A model generated the notes under the pieces. It was not told where the DNA came from. It saw only the letters and a program-made list of their open reading frames with translations, and ran no database searches. A stretch of 62,902 nucleotides of DNA, filler included, from Platydemus manokwari (lineage: Eukaryota), in the NCBI GenBank assembly GCA_037951405.1. It is 5 parts of 5 records of this genome, joined end to end, with 100 filler letters (N's around TTAATTAATTAA, not from the genome) between each part and the next. Parts side by side here need not be neighbours in the genome. Positions count along the whole stretch, not along the records: positions 1 to 15,037 come from JBBMOY011358093.1; 4 more parts are not named here. One strand, written 5' to 3'. Position numbers and translations under genes: made by a program. Below are positions 1-13,755 of this stretch, piece after piece. Numbering within the stretch: the stretch's first letter is position 1; every line of letters begins with the position of its first letter.

Positions 1-77
1 AATGATTAAATTGCTAAAACAAGGGTTTCAAGGTACGAAATCGTTTTTCTTTTTCAGGATTTGGTCTTCACTCAACA
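1..77 (+). mobile_element. 3' end of an LTR, same family as 8578-8852
   Basis: Aligns with ~8785-8852 (aaaacaagggtt...tcgtttt...cag..ttt..tc.cactcaaca) and ends in CAACA. Confidence 0.5.
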
Positions 78-3000
78 ATATTGAGATAGAACAAAGAATA
101 TATCAATTTTATTTTCCTAGTCGAGTTAAAATAATAATTGAAATAGGAATATAAGTTAGAAATACTGGTATAGAACTAATTCTACCTGTTCAACTCCACC
201 ATTATTTTAATCTATATACTACAGTATTTATTGATACCATGGCTGTTAGAGGAAAACAGTTAACTTCTACTGTACAATTAGATGACAATAATTATCACAT
301 TTTATTTCGGTGTCTATTGAAACAGTGGCTCTTGACAGATCTTCTTAGTATTTGTGGGCTTCTGTATTCTGGACATTGTTCCCAATTAACTGAACAGGTG
401 AGTTCGATCTATTTACTTATAAACAAAGTTTGAACTTGTAGAAATTATATATATGAAATCAGCTGCTCCAGTCTCATTCATTTTAATTGTTTCGATCATA
501 ATTTGGTTTATCCTGGGACTTTTTTCATTGTCGGATTGAATTGGCAGTTTGGGGAAAAGAATTGTGTCTGATATTATCTTGTTGATATCATTTCAAAGCT
601 GAGCTAAGACTGGAGTGTGGAATACAGAACGTTTGTTTACATAGCCTAGTATGTGTTGTATCACGAAGAGGCCACAACCCGGTGAGTTTAGATGAAGTGA
701 AATTGTACGCTATGAAACCCAGAAATATAGACTATATACGGAAAAAAGCAGTAATTGTGAACACCACCGAATCTAGCTTATTCAGATCCTCACAAAGAGA
801 TGGTATTAAATACCGTCACAAGATTTGGATCTATTAGGAGAAAGCTTGATCAAATGAATAGTAAATGAAGAGAAAGTAGCTGTATGTGCTTCCAGGATTT
901 TCAAAAATCACGAAAAAGGCTATTGTGTAGATAGAAAGGAACTTTTGGTAGTCCAAGAATTAATTAAGCATTAATTATTTGGTAAATAGTTTGTAACTGG
1001 CACAGACCACAGAGCATTGACATGCATGAGAAGAACAATCAAACTGATTAGTCCTCATTTTCAAACATAGTTAAGAAACTTGTCAGGATTTAATTTTTAA
1101 CTGATAATGAAAATGAAGTTGAATCCTCAGGATTAAGTGAGACTCAATGTTTCTTATGTTTAATAACAGACCAGAAAGATAGATAAGGCAAATAAAAAAC
1201 TCGCTGAATCCACTCAGTTATTAGCAACAATAAATTAAGAAAGATCTATGAATCTGACACCTTAGTCTGTTCTATTTAGAAATGACTACGAACAGTGAAA
1301 ACTTGAGTTAGCTCTGCGCCACGAAAGGTAAATACTGCTAGGTATTACCTAACATAAAGATCTGGAAATTATAATTTAAACTTCAAAGAATCACATAAAT
1401 TCAACTCATCAGCAGTCACAATTACAAATCATACTAAAACACAACATTCAATTATCACTTAAAACGGAATCGGGCTCCAAAAGTTGAATATAAGATAACC
1501 AAGAAGACTATCTGTCAGAAAAATCGCACACGAGTTAAAGAACAGAACGAAGGTGACTGATCAAAAAATACCGGAAATTGCTCGTGAAATCCAACTTTTC
1601 TTATAGGATTAATGTGTGTGTACACTTGATGTCCCAGGTCTTCGTTTGTCATTTGATAAATTCGTTCATACATCGATATGTTAGAAATTTTTCTAAATCT
1701 CTCATGTCATTGACGAATATCGGTGTTTGTTGTCATTAATTAGTATGTGCCAATCGATTATTTACTTCTCAATACGGATTGATACATAGAGAGAATCTGA
1801 TTGGCTATTGGCACGTACGCTTATTGAGTATGTATGTATCAACCTTTTGAGGGTTATTTCAATGGTTCCCTGAACATTTTGGTCGTTTTTATAACATCTT
1901 AACAATTTTTTCTCAATTTATACAAGCGCCTTTGAAAAAAGTGATAAAATGATAATAAAAGAAAAGGATTTTTCGTCAGAATCACATTCGCTAAAATTAA
2001 TTAGATATCTCCATGAAGAATCATGACATATTGGCAGAGAAAAATTAATATCAACACTATTTACTGCTGTTCAAATGTGTATCGAAACATTGATCATTAA
2101 TTTCAGAAACTTAATATTTATAAAAACGGAAAGTTTATATTACTCGAAATAAAGATTTCGTGAGAAGTATTAGGCCATTTCGGATAAATATTTGATGACG
2201 TTGCTCATTTTGGAGTATAAAAGCAGAGCCAAGTAGCTATTAATTATTGTTGATAGATTCAGCATTATGAGTACAATATCACTTATCAGACAACATAAGA
2301 CCAGCATATCAAACTCAATTATACATGATTGGATTTATAGTTATGGTGCTATACTTACCTGTAGTGACAAAATGTTGAAGATAAAAAGTGAGAGAATATT
2401 CTGTCAAGTCAGCAAGTTTGGAGTTTCTATTAAATTAATTCCGTTGACCTATCAAATTACTCGAATTATTTATTTATCTATGTTCTGCATTATAATTTTA
2501 TTATTTTTATCGATTATTTTAAATTAGTTTCCATCGTTGGTGAGTTTAAATTGCGTTTCATTTATCTATTTTGCAATTTAGATTGTCTCATACTTTGAGT
2601 TTTGATAAATCGATTTACAGTCACATTGTTGATTTGATCATTTTTATTTCAGATTTTTCACTCCAAACCAGATCCGAATTTTTAATTAAGGTAATCCAGT
2701 TAAATATAAATATTTATAAATATCATCTTATTGGTCAATATCGACTTGTCAACACAAACAATTAGAAATTACACCACAGAGTGTGAATTTCTAGAAATAA
2801 ATGCTATTCTGCTATTTAATTAATAAAAAAATACTTCGGTGAGCCCTACGTGTTTCGTTTTAAAGCTATTGAAGGACTTGATCAAGTCTCAGAAATCTTG
2901 AAGAAGAATAAAAGTATTTTTACACTAAACAATTCAATGAAAAAAAAAATAAAAAGTTCGTTTGATTGTTCTTCTTTATTATTTTTTCCTTTAAATAACT

Positions 3001-3690
3001 CTTCTTAAAAGCCAATTCCTCAAATGTGGCGGTTAGGAGGAGGAATGCTGAACAAATATATTGCATTATGTCAGCAATTTTAATACACAATAAATAATTC
3101 CCTTTTTATTTCTTATCTCATTAAAAATCATTCATACTGCTGAATCCGTGATTGAATCTAAAAGAACAGCTTGGAATAATTTTTAAAGAGATCGATGAAT
3201 TCTAGAAAAATCTCCAGGCACTTTTAGTCTGAGATAAAATAACTACTCTTATAGTACATTTGTAAATTTAAAATGAATCGATAATAAATGAATGTTTTGT
3301 TTGTTCGATGGCTAATTTATTTTCAAATATTCCATTTTTGTGAAGAAATCAATAACATATCCATTTTCGGAAATTTTCATATTTTTTTAACGATTTATTA
3401 TTTTATTCATTGTGTTGACTAAAAATTCCTAAATGACATTTCGTAAAATTAACTTTTTAATATTGATAAGACAAAATATTTCTTATTAATAGCTAAAAAT
3501 CTTGAAATAATAAAACAATATTATTATACGATTTGTTTCGTTTTCTTCAATTTGAAAATGTTACAGGAATTTACAGTGGAAAATAAATTGTCTCATGGGG
3601 TTTCTACGGATAAATAAATGGAAAATTAACAACAATAACTCTATGAGAACCCTTTACGAATCTCGATACACAACACCCAACTTAGCTTAA

Positions 3691-4290
3691 TGTTAAGTGG
3701 TCAAATAAAAAAATAAATATATACAAAAAAATCAGTTCTTTTTGAGCCCTCTGTAGCCTTCATCAGTAAATCGGTTCAGAGATATATAACATGATCTCTA
3801 GGAGCTTTCAAAAACGACAGCTGCAATGATGATGAGTTTAATGATACCGATTTGGGCCTCATTAGTGCCTCGGACCAGAAACAGATAGGACTAAAATAAA
3901 TCTAGGAAATAGCTATCCGTTTATAAACTAATTTAGAGACTAATTCATGAAATAATCCAAAACCCAGAATTACTATATTGTGATTAAAAATCCACGAAAA
4001 ATTCGACAGAATTTTAAAGTGATTACAGGCAGTAAATGTTGACGCATTATTGCCGTCAGGACAAATCCCATTGAAGTACGAAAACTCGAAGAAATCAAAT
4101 TCATAATGGGTTATTAATTGAACTACTAGTATGATGGATGATCTTGGCTCAATCAGATAATTAATTAAAAATAATAATTATATTATAATTAATTATAATT
4201 ATCATATAAAGTACACATTATCAACTAGTATAAATAGTTGAAAAATAATATATAAAATTCTACAAAAATTATTAATAATAATACAAACAA
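3691..4290 (+). mobile_element. Solo LTR of the Gypsy family whose 3' LTR is at 35151-35706
   Basis: Starts TGTTAAGTG. Colinear with the reverse complement of 35200-35706 (shared blocks acagataggactaaa, ttgacgcattattgccgt.aggacaaatccc, tggctcaatc.gataattaattaaaaataataatta). Right end approximate; no clear TSD. Confidence 0.75.
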
Positions 4291-4917
4291 ACTAGATTGA
4301 TATATCAGACACATGGTTAGTTGGCTGATGATCTCTTACTTAACTTCTCGAACTCGTTTCATTCAGTTTAACATTTCGGTTTTATATCATCTGATTGTCT
4401 CTTCCATCTACATGCTAGTGTTGTGTCAAACGTCTTGTATGAATATTTTCTTATATGATAATATTTTGTCTTCTTTCTAGCTTATCCTATAACTGTGACT
4501 TTGGACGACTTCTTTCTCTTGTCCAATTAATATTTCACCAATTAATATAAAATCCAAACATTCACATCTAGTTTGATGAAGTCACGATTTCTCTCAGTGA
4601 ATTATTTTCATTTTAAGAAACACTTAAAATAACAAAAAATGAAGTCATTAAAATAATTTCTTGTTTCATCTTGTGAATCACGTTAAGCTTAAATGCTCTC
4701 AACACTTGAGAATCGAATAACGGATTAAAATCCATGATCTCTCAAGTCTAATCATTACAAACGATACTTATCCTTTAAAAAGCTTTATATTTTTAAAATT
4801 TTTTCACAAAACTTGACTGTATTATTGCTTGTGGTTATCAATGGGTGCATTCAGTCCATTCATAGCAAAATAATTCTGATTAATGATAATTTAATTAATA
4901 AATCAATAAATTTATCA

Positions 4918-5874
4918 ATGAACTACAACGAATTGATTGATAAATTTTTTGTGATATTTATTTCTCTACTAAAAACCACTGAACAATTTCAAAAGGTTAA
5001 CGTAACAAATTGTCCGAGTAGAAATTCATCAACATCAACTCGAGTCACAACAACAATCTATCTCAATTCCATGTTAAAGGAATGGCCAAGGTTATTGCAA
5101 ATAATAATAAGGAGAAAAAGAGAAATCAATTATATTTACATTCCGTATACATCGGTTGTAGCTCAAGATGATGTGCGATTTCATACAATGAAAAGTGGAA
5201 GTCGTGTGAATATTTTGACCACCTTTCGTTATGATGATAGTGGAGTTGATTTTCAATATGGTTGGAGAGAAAATGCTTTGGAACAATTCAGTTCACTATG
5301 CAGTGTTTTGATCAATGAGGACTTAACGCCGATAGCTATTTTGCAAAGACGAGCACCTCCAGAATTAGGTTTCAAAGACAAGAAAGTTTATATGGAAGGA
5401 GAGAAAATTGTCGTTATATGCACGGTTCAAAAATTACTCAATGGTAGTTTCTATATCAACTTTCCTCCAAACACCAAGTATTTATTGGTAGAAAAATTAA
5501 GAAATAGTCTTGAATATACCGTGTTTTTAACAAGAAACATCAAAGGAGGTAATATTTCGTGTATTGTTAGTAAAGGTATCTCTGCTTGGTCAACTCAATT
5601 TTTGAAGTTTCTCGACAAACCATCAGACTTACCGGAACCAAATCGAGCTCCTATTGCCATTACAATCTCCATTTTCTGCGGTTTGGTATTGTTTATTATG
5701 TTAATTGTGGGTACTTACACACTCATCATCAAACAACGTAAAGACAATACAAAGATCATGATTGAACATCACACTAGAAGTGCTAGTATTCGAAGGCAAT
5801 CTGTGAAATCACAAATCCAAAGAGCAAGCATGATGTCAAAATATGTTCCAGGAGATTCAGCGGAGGATCATTAA
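4918..5874 (+). CDS. Intronless single-pass type I membrane protein with two Ig-like domains (paralogue A)
   Basis: ORF track starts at TTG 4813, but the first ATG is 4918. Hydrophobic N-terminus (KFFVIFISLL), F-strand-like YDDSGVDFQY, second Ig-like domain (EGEKIVVICTV...GNISCIV), TM segment IAITISIFCGLVLFIMLIVG, short basic tail. Colinear with 10348-11295. Confidence 0.8.
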   Translation: MNYNELIDKFFVIFISLLKTTEQFQKVNVTNCPSRNSSTSTRVTTTIYLNSMLKEWPRLLQIIIRRKREINYIYIPYTSVVAQDDVRFHTMKSGSRVNILTTFRYDDSGVDFQYGWRENALEQFSSLCSVLINEDLTPIAILQRRAPPELGFKDKKVYMEGEKIVVICTVQKLLNGSFYINFPPNTKYLLVEKLRNSLEYTVFLTRNIKGGNISCIVSKGISAWSTQFLKFLDKPSDLPEPNRAPIAITISIFCGLVLFIMLIVGTYTLIIKQRKDNTKIMIEHHTRSASIRRQSVKSQIQRASMMSKYVPGDSAEDH

Positions 5875-8577
5875 TTTTGACAAGTTATAAGTGTATGTAG
5901 AGTAAAAGATTACTTTCAAAATAAATTATCTAGACATCTTAATAATTTATTAAATTTTTATTTATTTTATGTTTTCATTTATTTATGTACTTATTTTCAT
6001 CTAATATTCATAATCGGAAAATCCGAAAAATAATGCCTGAATTGATTTCGAATTGTCTTGGAATGAAAACTCATGGTGCTTTAATGTCCTTAGGATCCCT
6101 TCGGTTATTTTAAAAATATTTTAGATATATTTCCAAAGTTTCCGCTGTTGATCGTTAAAGCTTTTGTGATATCTGAAAAGAATCATTTATTAACGTGATT
6201 ACTCGAGATAAGAAAATAAATTAAAGTGTGTCATTAGTAATTGCTACTGTGAAAGAAATAATCTAAAAAGACTCGCGAAATGGGGGAGATTTTGATAAAC
6301 AAAATCGGATAAAATCGATTAATATATTTATTCACATCATGTCTGATTATACCTCTTCTTTTATATAACCTATAAAAACAAAATATTCACTAATAAATTA
6401 AACTATCTAAAATCTGGTATTATTTCATTATGATTGAGTTTTCTAAAAGCTCCGCATTCATTGACCAAACATTGAATTATTTATTGAGAAACTGGAATTC
6501 ACTATTCAAATAGAGCTGCTAAGAAAATAGCCCATTTATGATGAAAATTTGAACTGCGATATTTATTAAAGAATTTCATTAATAATTATTATTATCGTTA
6601 AAATATTAATTATAAATAAAGTCAAAGCGTTAAAATATTATATTGATTTTCGCAAGTTAGATATTGTATATCGGAAATACGGTTTCCCGACTTTGGCATC
6701 ATCAGTAACAAAGGATGAAAACTCTGAATCAGTCATAATTAATTATAATTATCTATAGCCCTATACTGTAATTTTTGGTAAAGATAATTTTGCTGTATAA
6801 TTTTAATCTCATTTCTATTTTATCAAAAACTTTTTGGACTCAAGCAGTTGAAATTAAAAATTATTTTATTTATTTATTGTTTTATTTATCTAATAAGGAA
6901 ATTTATTCATCTATTACTATTAAAATGAACTGTAAAATTTCCCTTCACTAGAAAATGTTCCACAATATTAAAAAACATTGAGAAACATCTTTTAAAATTC
7001 ATTCTTAAAAATTAACCTCGAATTCATTACATTTAAAGTACAAACTCTAAAATCATTGTTTAAGTTATAAAAAATTATATCTAAAAATCTTAGTATTTAC
7101 ATCTTTTGTTTTATCAATATCGTTAATTTCAACATTTGAATTTTCCATTGTGTTAACGATGAAAAGTTATTTAAAGCTCGATAATATATTTTTCATCAAG
7201 ATGATAAACAAATGATAAACATCAATTAAAAACGAAATCTTTTATATTATAAGTTGGTTTAATTTGAAAAAATTTGAATGGAGTTAAAAACAAAAATAAA
7301 ATAATAAATTGTGTTTATTTCCAAAATATTTATGCGTGTAGTTATTTTTAATATTTAATATCACAAAGCACTAATCTATTAATTTTAACGAGTATCTTCG
7401 AGTTCACTGTAACATGTTAAGTTCATGTCTGCGGTGATACAAAAAATGAAAACAAATGTTGTAAATGAGCCAGTCAAGCAAAGAATTTTCCATATACAGA
7501 CAAGGATTTAAATTATTATTTACTTGTATTAGGTCCATGATAATTGAAGATCGAAATTTTGTACACGTCAGAACATACATGAAAAACTTCAAAATTTATC
7601 AGAAATACTCCCAAAATCAAATACAAAACACGTCATACTACTCGGGTTCCAACTGGTAGTTATTGCCAAAAATGGACTCTTACGTTACTGCACACATTAG
7701 TAAATTAATTTACAGAAAATTTTCTAGAATATTCTCTTAATTTTATTTTATTGTTTCAAGCAAATTTGGGTGAAACTCGAAAATTGTTCATGCCAAAGCG
7801 AAAAGAATCAGGTAAACAAATATATAATTATGATTTTTTGAATATATTTCGCACATTTTTAAAATTTGAGTAATGTTTTACCTCAATTGTCCCGAATGAT
7901 ATCAATGTCTCTTGTTAAGCATCTCGTACATGTTTCACTTTAAAATTGAAAGACTGTAATCTAAACTTGAGCATTATCAACTCTAAATTGTTGAAAATTC
8001 GATGAATTAATGTATGTTCCAAGCATTTAAACTTGTTCGCAAGAGTCTTTTCTGTAGTGTCATGTTAGGTAACTTCTAATTGGATTTTCATAATCCCAGA
8101 TATTTTATAAAATTTAACTCCCTCTATTTTTATGAAATTATTTACAATCTATTTGGATGCCTTCTTATTTATCTATCTGTAATTAACTTGTGATTTATTA
8201 TATTTGTAAATTGTTGGAGTTCCATATTACAAATGAAAAAGGTTTGTTTATATTTTTCACAACAAACCTGAGTCCAACATTTTTGAATTTTGTCGTCGTT
8301 TAATAATACGATAGTTGGATTTAATAGAATCTCACATTAAATAACGTCCTTCTATCACCTTGGAATCCTTGTTTCGATATTTTACATATATGCATACCTA
8401 TGCTGAGTAATTATAAACCATTAATAAGACTTAACTCCAATTTAAAGGTAAATATATTTCTCGGTGTATTAATCAATACATGAATTACAAAATTTCAACC
8501 CAAATTTGGCTTTCAACTGGCAGCCGCCCATCTTGATATCGATTTTTATATTGGCGATCTGTGTATTTTTTGTGTTA

Positions 8578-8852
8578 TGTTGCATCACATTTTGATTTGA
8601 TATTTGCTTTTCTATGTTCTTATTGCGTTTTTAAATTTTTACATGAGTGGAATTGGTCAACCCCCATGTGTGTGTGTTGTTTATGTAGATATGCTCCATT
8701 TTTCAATCGTATTTCATCGTCTAACTACATTATGATTGGCTGATTGCTATTCTTGTATAGCTGTGTAGGCATGCAAATGTTTAAAGTACCAAAACAAGGG
8801 TTCTAATGTGCAATTTCGTTTTTATTTTTGCAGAATTTCATCTCACTCAACA
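8578..8852 (+). mobile_element. Probable solo LTR (TGTTG...CAACA)
   Basis: 5-bp inverted termini; 3' end matches 1-77; a divergent inverted partial copy follows at ~8900-9025. Confidence 0.5.
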
Positions 8853-10347
8853 CTTATTTAGTCACACATACATGATCAATTAGAAAAAGTATATAAAATT
8901 CAAATTTGATATATTACATACCTACACAATGACACATACAGTGAGATTGACCAATCCCAACTAACATAAATTAAGAATTCCAAATTAAAATATCAAAAAC
9001 AAATTCGGCAAACGCAAATATAACTCACTGTTGGCAGAATCCGTAATAAAAGTTTTAATTGTTGGTATTTGTATTAATACCGAATAGCACAAGTGATAAA
9101 TCAATAAATATAATGTTAACTGCTCTTTGCTCAATATTCAACACAATTTATATATGTGAAGTATAAATATTGATAAACAACGAGATTTTAAAAATATTCA
9201 AAGATAAAAATTAGAAATATCAGTGTTAGTTGCCAACACTTCTTCATTTTTCATGTTGGATTCAAAAGTCATAATTTTTAACGCGCAAATAATGCATTTT
9301 CATATTACATCTTTTCCAAACAAATATTCTTATATTTTCAACATTCTTTAAAAATTAAAATTACAATTAAAATTCAAATTATTTTTAATTTTAAATTTTG
9401 AAAATTATTATTTTTTTAATACATTTTGAGCAAGATAAATACAAATATTGAATATTTTCAATATAATCAATTAAAAATATATCTTTTAATTATTAATCGT
9501 AATCTTATTTAATTTATAAACCTCACAATCAGTATTGAGCGTTTGAAATTCTTTTCAATAAAGAAAATGAAGAGATTGAAAAAGAATTAATACAAATATC
9601 TGGTTATGGAAATTCATAAATGTGTGTAATGATAATTCTTCATTAATAATTATAGACAGTTCGGTGGTTTCAGATATAAGTGAGATAATAAAGAAATTTT
9701 GTTATAAATACTTACTGAAATGAAAAAATAAACTCGAAGATGCATATTTTGTAAGTCTTCTCGGAATAATTTTTGAGCCATATTAATATGCGAACTAATA
9801 AATATTGAAGCATATTTTCTTTTTCTGTAATCACGATTTGTTTAATTTTATGCCAATTCTTTCTTATCATATGCTTGTTTTCAGCACACTTTGTTTTAAA
9901 GAAAAAAATAGTTATGTGGTTTGATCTTCGTTACCCCTCAACGTCTATCAGGAAAGCGTTTCTCCAGAAGTACATTATAACTTTTCAAAAATCAATTATA
10001 TTAGAAAACCCTTAAAAAGTAAATCAACATTCAAATCACATTCGGAAATGTTGCCATGGCTTTTCAAAAATACTATTGGTTAAAACGGATATGGTATATT
10101 GTTAAAAAGTACACACATTCAGATTGTTTATATTTCATATAGAGCCTTGAAATATGCTCTTAGAAAAGCCATTTGCTGAACTCCTAATAAAAAGCTTGAA
10201 AATGTTTTGTTCGAATTATATTCCTTTATACCGACATATTATAATTTGACTAATTGATATCAAAATTAAAATTTTAATTTATTCGATATAATTAGATCGA
10301 TAGACCAAATTTTGTCTTTGTCTGTGGTGGAATATGTTAATGAAATT

Positions 10348-11295
10348 ATGATATTAAAAGATATTTTATTTCTGAGCTTGATATTCAATACAATTCATAT
10401 AGAATGTCAAGAAGTTCCTGATTTTGTGTTCATCAATTGTCCTCCCAGAAATACTACAACAGCATCAAAAATTGTGACAAGTTTCTTTCTTAACAAAACA
10501 GTTACTGTGTGGCCCAGATTATTTAGATTTATAATCAAACGAAAAGAAATTATATCATTTATCTATGTTCCAGACAGTAATACAATTGAAAATGATGATA
10601 TTCGGTTTTCAATAAAAAGAAATTTGAAATCACCCAATTTCGATTTGATATCTACATTTCAGTACGATGATAGCGGTGCTGATTTTCAATATGGATATCA
10701 GGAAAATAAACTGAAGGAGTTCGAAGAATTCTGTAGTATACTCGTCAATGAAGACATGACGCCGATTGCAATTTTACAACGACAAGCCCCACCAGAAACT
10801 GGATTTCGAGATAAAACAGTGTACGTAGAAGGAGAAAAAATTATGGTTTCATGTTCTGTACCAAGATTATTAACGGGAAATTTTACAATGCATTTTCCTA
10901 AAGATTCTATGCCGACTTTGATAGAAGAACGTCAAAAATATCAAAAGTATTCTCTAGTTTTGATCCAAAAAATTAAAAATGGAAACATTTCATGCATTGT
11001 TCCCAATGGAACATCGACTTGGACCACAGATTTCTTGAAGTTCATTGATAGACCTGTTATCCCTAAAGAGCCTGATAGAACTAATATAGCCATCGTTTTT
11101 TCGGTTTTTTGTTGCCTGTTTTTGGTAATCATTCTTATTTTTGGTAGTTACACTCTTATTATCAAACAACGTAGTGATCGTACTAAAGTCATTATTAAAC
11201 ATCATACTCAAGTTGCAGCAACACGGATGCAGACTCAAATAACCCATCTCCAAAGAATGACAATGATGGATAATAAGTCACATCTGAATCAATAG
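10348..11295 (+). CDS. Intronless single-pass type I membrane protein with two Ig-like domains (paralogue B)
   Basis: ATG 10348 gives signal peptide MILKDILFLSLIFNTIHIEC. Shares blocks with paralogue A: NCPxRN, WPRL, YDDSGxDFQYG, NEDxTPIAILQR, EGEKIxVxCxV, GNISCIV, FLKF, YTLIIKQR. TM IAIVFSVFCCLFLVIILIFG. Confidence 0.85.
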   Translation: MILKDILFLSLIFNTIHIECQEVPDFVFINCPPRNTTTASKIVTSFFLNKTVTVWPRLFRFIIKRKEIISFIYVPDSNTIENDDIRFSIKRNLKSPNFDLISTFQYDDSGADFQYGYQENKLKEFEEFCSILVNEDMTPIAILQRQAPPETGFRDKTVYVEGEKIMVSCSVPRLLTGNFTMHFPKDSMPTLIEERQKYQKYSLVLIQKIKNGNISCIVPNGTSTWTTDFLKFIDRPVIPKEPDRTNIAIVFSVFCCLFLVIILIFGSYTLIIKQRSDRTKVIIKHHTQVAATRMQTQITHLQRMTMMDNKSHLNQ

Positions 11296-12420
11296 CTTAT
11301 TTATGTCGATATACTGAATTTGTAATATAATTGGGATAAGATCAATTTATTTGTAGATTGTTGATTTAATTTCATGGAATATCTACGAGAGTGATCTTTA
11401 GATCTTAAATTCAGATTTACGTTTTATGTAGAGCGATTTAAATATAAGTACTTAGCGATTTCTTCAATTCTCAACGTATTTATTTTCAGTGCTGCGAGCA
11501 TAGTATCATATCATTTAATTATCTATTAAATCTCAAAATAAATGAATACGAACCAAAAAACTTAATCAAGATAACGTAGCTGATTAAATTTGGCGTTATC
11601 AGAATATTAGATTCTCTAAAATACATTTATTTACCGGAAATCCAAACAATAAACATGGAATGTAAGAACGTAACATAATCTCATGTAGTATTCTTTTTTT
11701 ATGAATTATTTGTTAATAATTACTAAACTCTTCAATACCATAAAAATAAATAACTGTCGTACGTCAGCTTACTTTCTCTTACGGCAATTTTCTGAGAAGT
11801 CTTCCGCAGCCATACAATTCTTCTCGATTACGATGTCTTTAAAATTCAAGTAAAACTCGATGCAGGCTCAAATATTTTAGTATTTTGACATGTTCTTTTG
11901 AATTGTGAATTAATTTATTTTATTATCCGCCCAAATTATCTTTAGATTTTAATGTTGTAATCTCGATGTCTCAAACGATCCTAATTATTGTTTCCGCATA
12001 AACTCTTATCTAATCCATAATTAGTGGTCATAGTTCTCACCAGCTTACTTCAACACAATTATTACTATCTGATAAAATTGATTTGAGGCACTAAATCGAT
12101 TGAAACGATCAATAATTATCTTTAAATAGTTAGATTTGGATTTATCTACCACAATCTGGTCAAAAGACCTGAAAGACAATGACAAAACATAAATTTATCA
12201 AACGGACTTATGGACATAATCCTGCTGAATCATCCATTGGTTTATTCTCAATATGAAAAAAATTCAATAAAAAGAACATTAAAAATCAAGGAAAATTTCA
12301 TCGAAATTGCCAATATTATGAAAGTCAAATTTTTAAATCAACTATAATTTCAAACCTTCCTTAAATGTATAAATATTGATTTTTGAAGGGTTCTGATTTC
12401 AAACTTCTGAGTATCTTAAA

Positions 12421-12900
12421 TGGATTTGAATTTTTAAAGATTTAATTCATATTTTTTATAAAATGATTTTTATTTGTTTACATTATTGTGATGAAAAATA
12501 TAATTTGGAGTCCTGACTTTTCAGTTCGTTTTCAATGCGTGTTTTATAATATAGTAACGGCTTACATGGTAACCACGCATCTGGATTCGATTATGAGACG
12601 ATAAATTATTAAATATTATGGGAGAGAATAAGAAAGATATTGAGAATATATAAAGAGGATATAAAGAAGACATAAGGGAGATGTAGAGAATATATATAAA
12701 GGAAGTATAAAGAAGATAGAAGAATTAGAAATTATTATATAGATGAATATGTAGAATATTCGATGTAATATCAATTAAGAAGACAAAGAAATTCAAAGAT
12801 TTTAAAGAATGGAGATTTTTAAAGATTTAAATCAAATTTAATATCAAATTATATTAATTTTTTATATAATTATATATAAATATATAATTTGGTGTCCTGA
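12421..12900 (+). mobile_element. TRIM-like element, copy 1 (degenerate)
   Basis: 5' LTR ends ggcttaCA (12566), PBS-like tggtaaccacgcatctggattcga (12567-12590), purine-rich core, then a truncated second LTR (ataatttggtgtcctga occurs twice). Confidence 0.7.
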
Positions 12901-13324
12901 TTGATTTGTGATGTGCCCAACATAAGTAAGAATATGATCATGAGCGCTATTAATAAATAATTGTGAAGAGGAAATAAACTTTTGTTTTAATGGAAATAAT
13001 TTTTTTCAAATCAAACGTTGTTTTTATAATAACCTCAATTGCGTCACATCAATGCAATACCTCGATAATATTGTTACTAAATCGTCGATAACACTTAGCC
13101 GTCAGTTTGGAATTGATTGAAAATGTTCAGAACTGTAAAAATGTGGTGGAGACAATTATCACATTTACTGCCAGGATCAATTGAAACAAGGCATTTACTA
13201 CAAGAAATTTTCTTTGAAAAGCTGATTCTTTTATAGAGTATGAATAATTAAAGACAGAGAAATTCAAATCAGAACACTAAATCAAATTTGTTTTGTTCCA
13301 AATTTATTTGTTGATTAAAAAATA

Positions 13325-13335
13325 TAATAATAATA

Positions 13336-13372
<37 letters not shown>

Positions 13373-13755
13373 TATTATTATTGTTATTATTATTATTATT
13401 AAAATAATTATTATTGTCATCATCAATATTATTATCGATTAATAACTGATATCGGTTTCATAACATAAAGTAAAGACACATCAAAATATTATCGATTATA
13501 TTAGATTATAGTTCAACTTAGAATGTCAAGCGTTAGTGGTAAAGTTCATAATATTTATTAATTAGACTTCATTAAAACAACACTTGTCCATGTAATAGAC
13601 GACTCGAATTATGGATAAATAATTATTAAACAAACATATATGATAATTATCAGTTTATTATTATTATTATTATTACTATTAAATGCCAATATTATTATTA
13701 TTACTATTAAATGCCAATATTATTATTATTACTATTAAATGCCAATATTATTATG
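13325..13755. repeat. (ATT)n microsatellite plus a ~28-bp tandem repeat (x3)
   Basis: ATT runs at 13325-13420; unit ttattattattactattaaatgccaata three times at ~13665-13750. Confidence 0.85.

Noticed and set aside
640-1600. Coding-like purine-rich stretch, possibly a decayed transposon ORF
   Set aside because: No recognisable motif and many stops.
5700-5740. YTLI in both Ig-like proteins as an ITIM
   Set aside because: Lies at the membrane boundary and has Gly at the -2 position, so it does not fit the consensus.
6672-6720. Minus-strand CUGAUGA...GAAAC resembling a hammerhead ribozyme core
   Set aside because: Stems I, II and III do not pair convincingly; at best a decayed relic.
12500-12530. 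TRIM LTR motif (minus strand ctgaaaagtcaggac) as a hammerhead or retrozyme
   Set aside because: Lacks CUGAnGA and GAAA; the PBS, PPT and TSD explain the element as an LTR-type TRIM.
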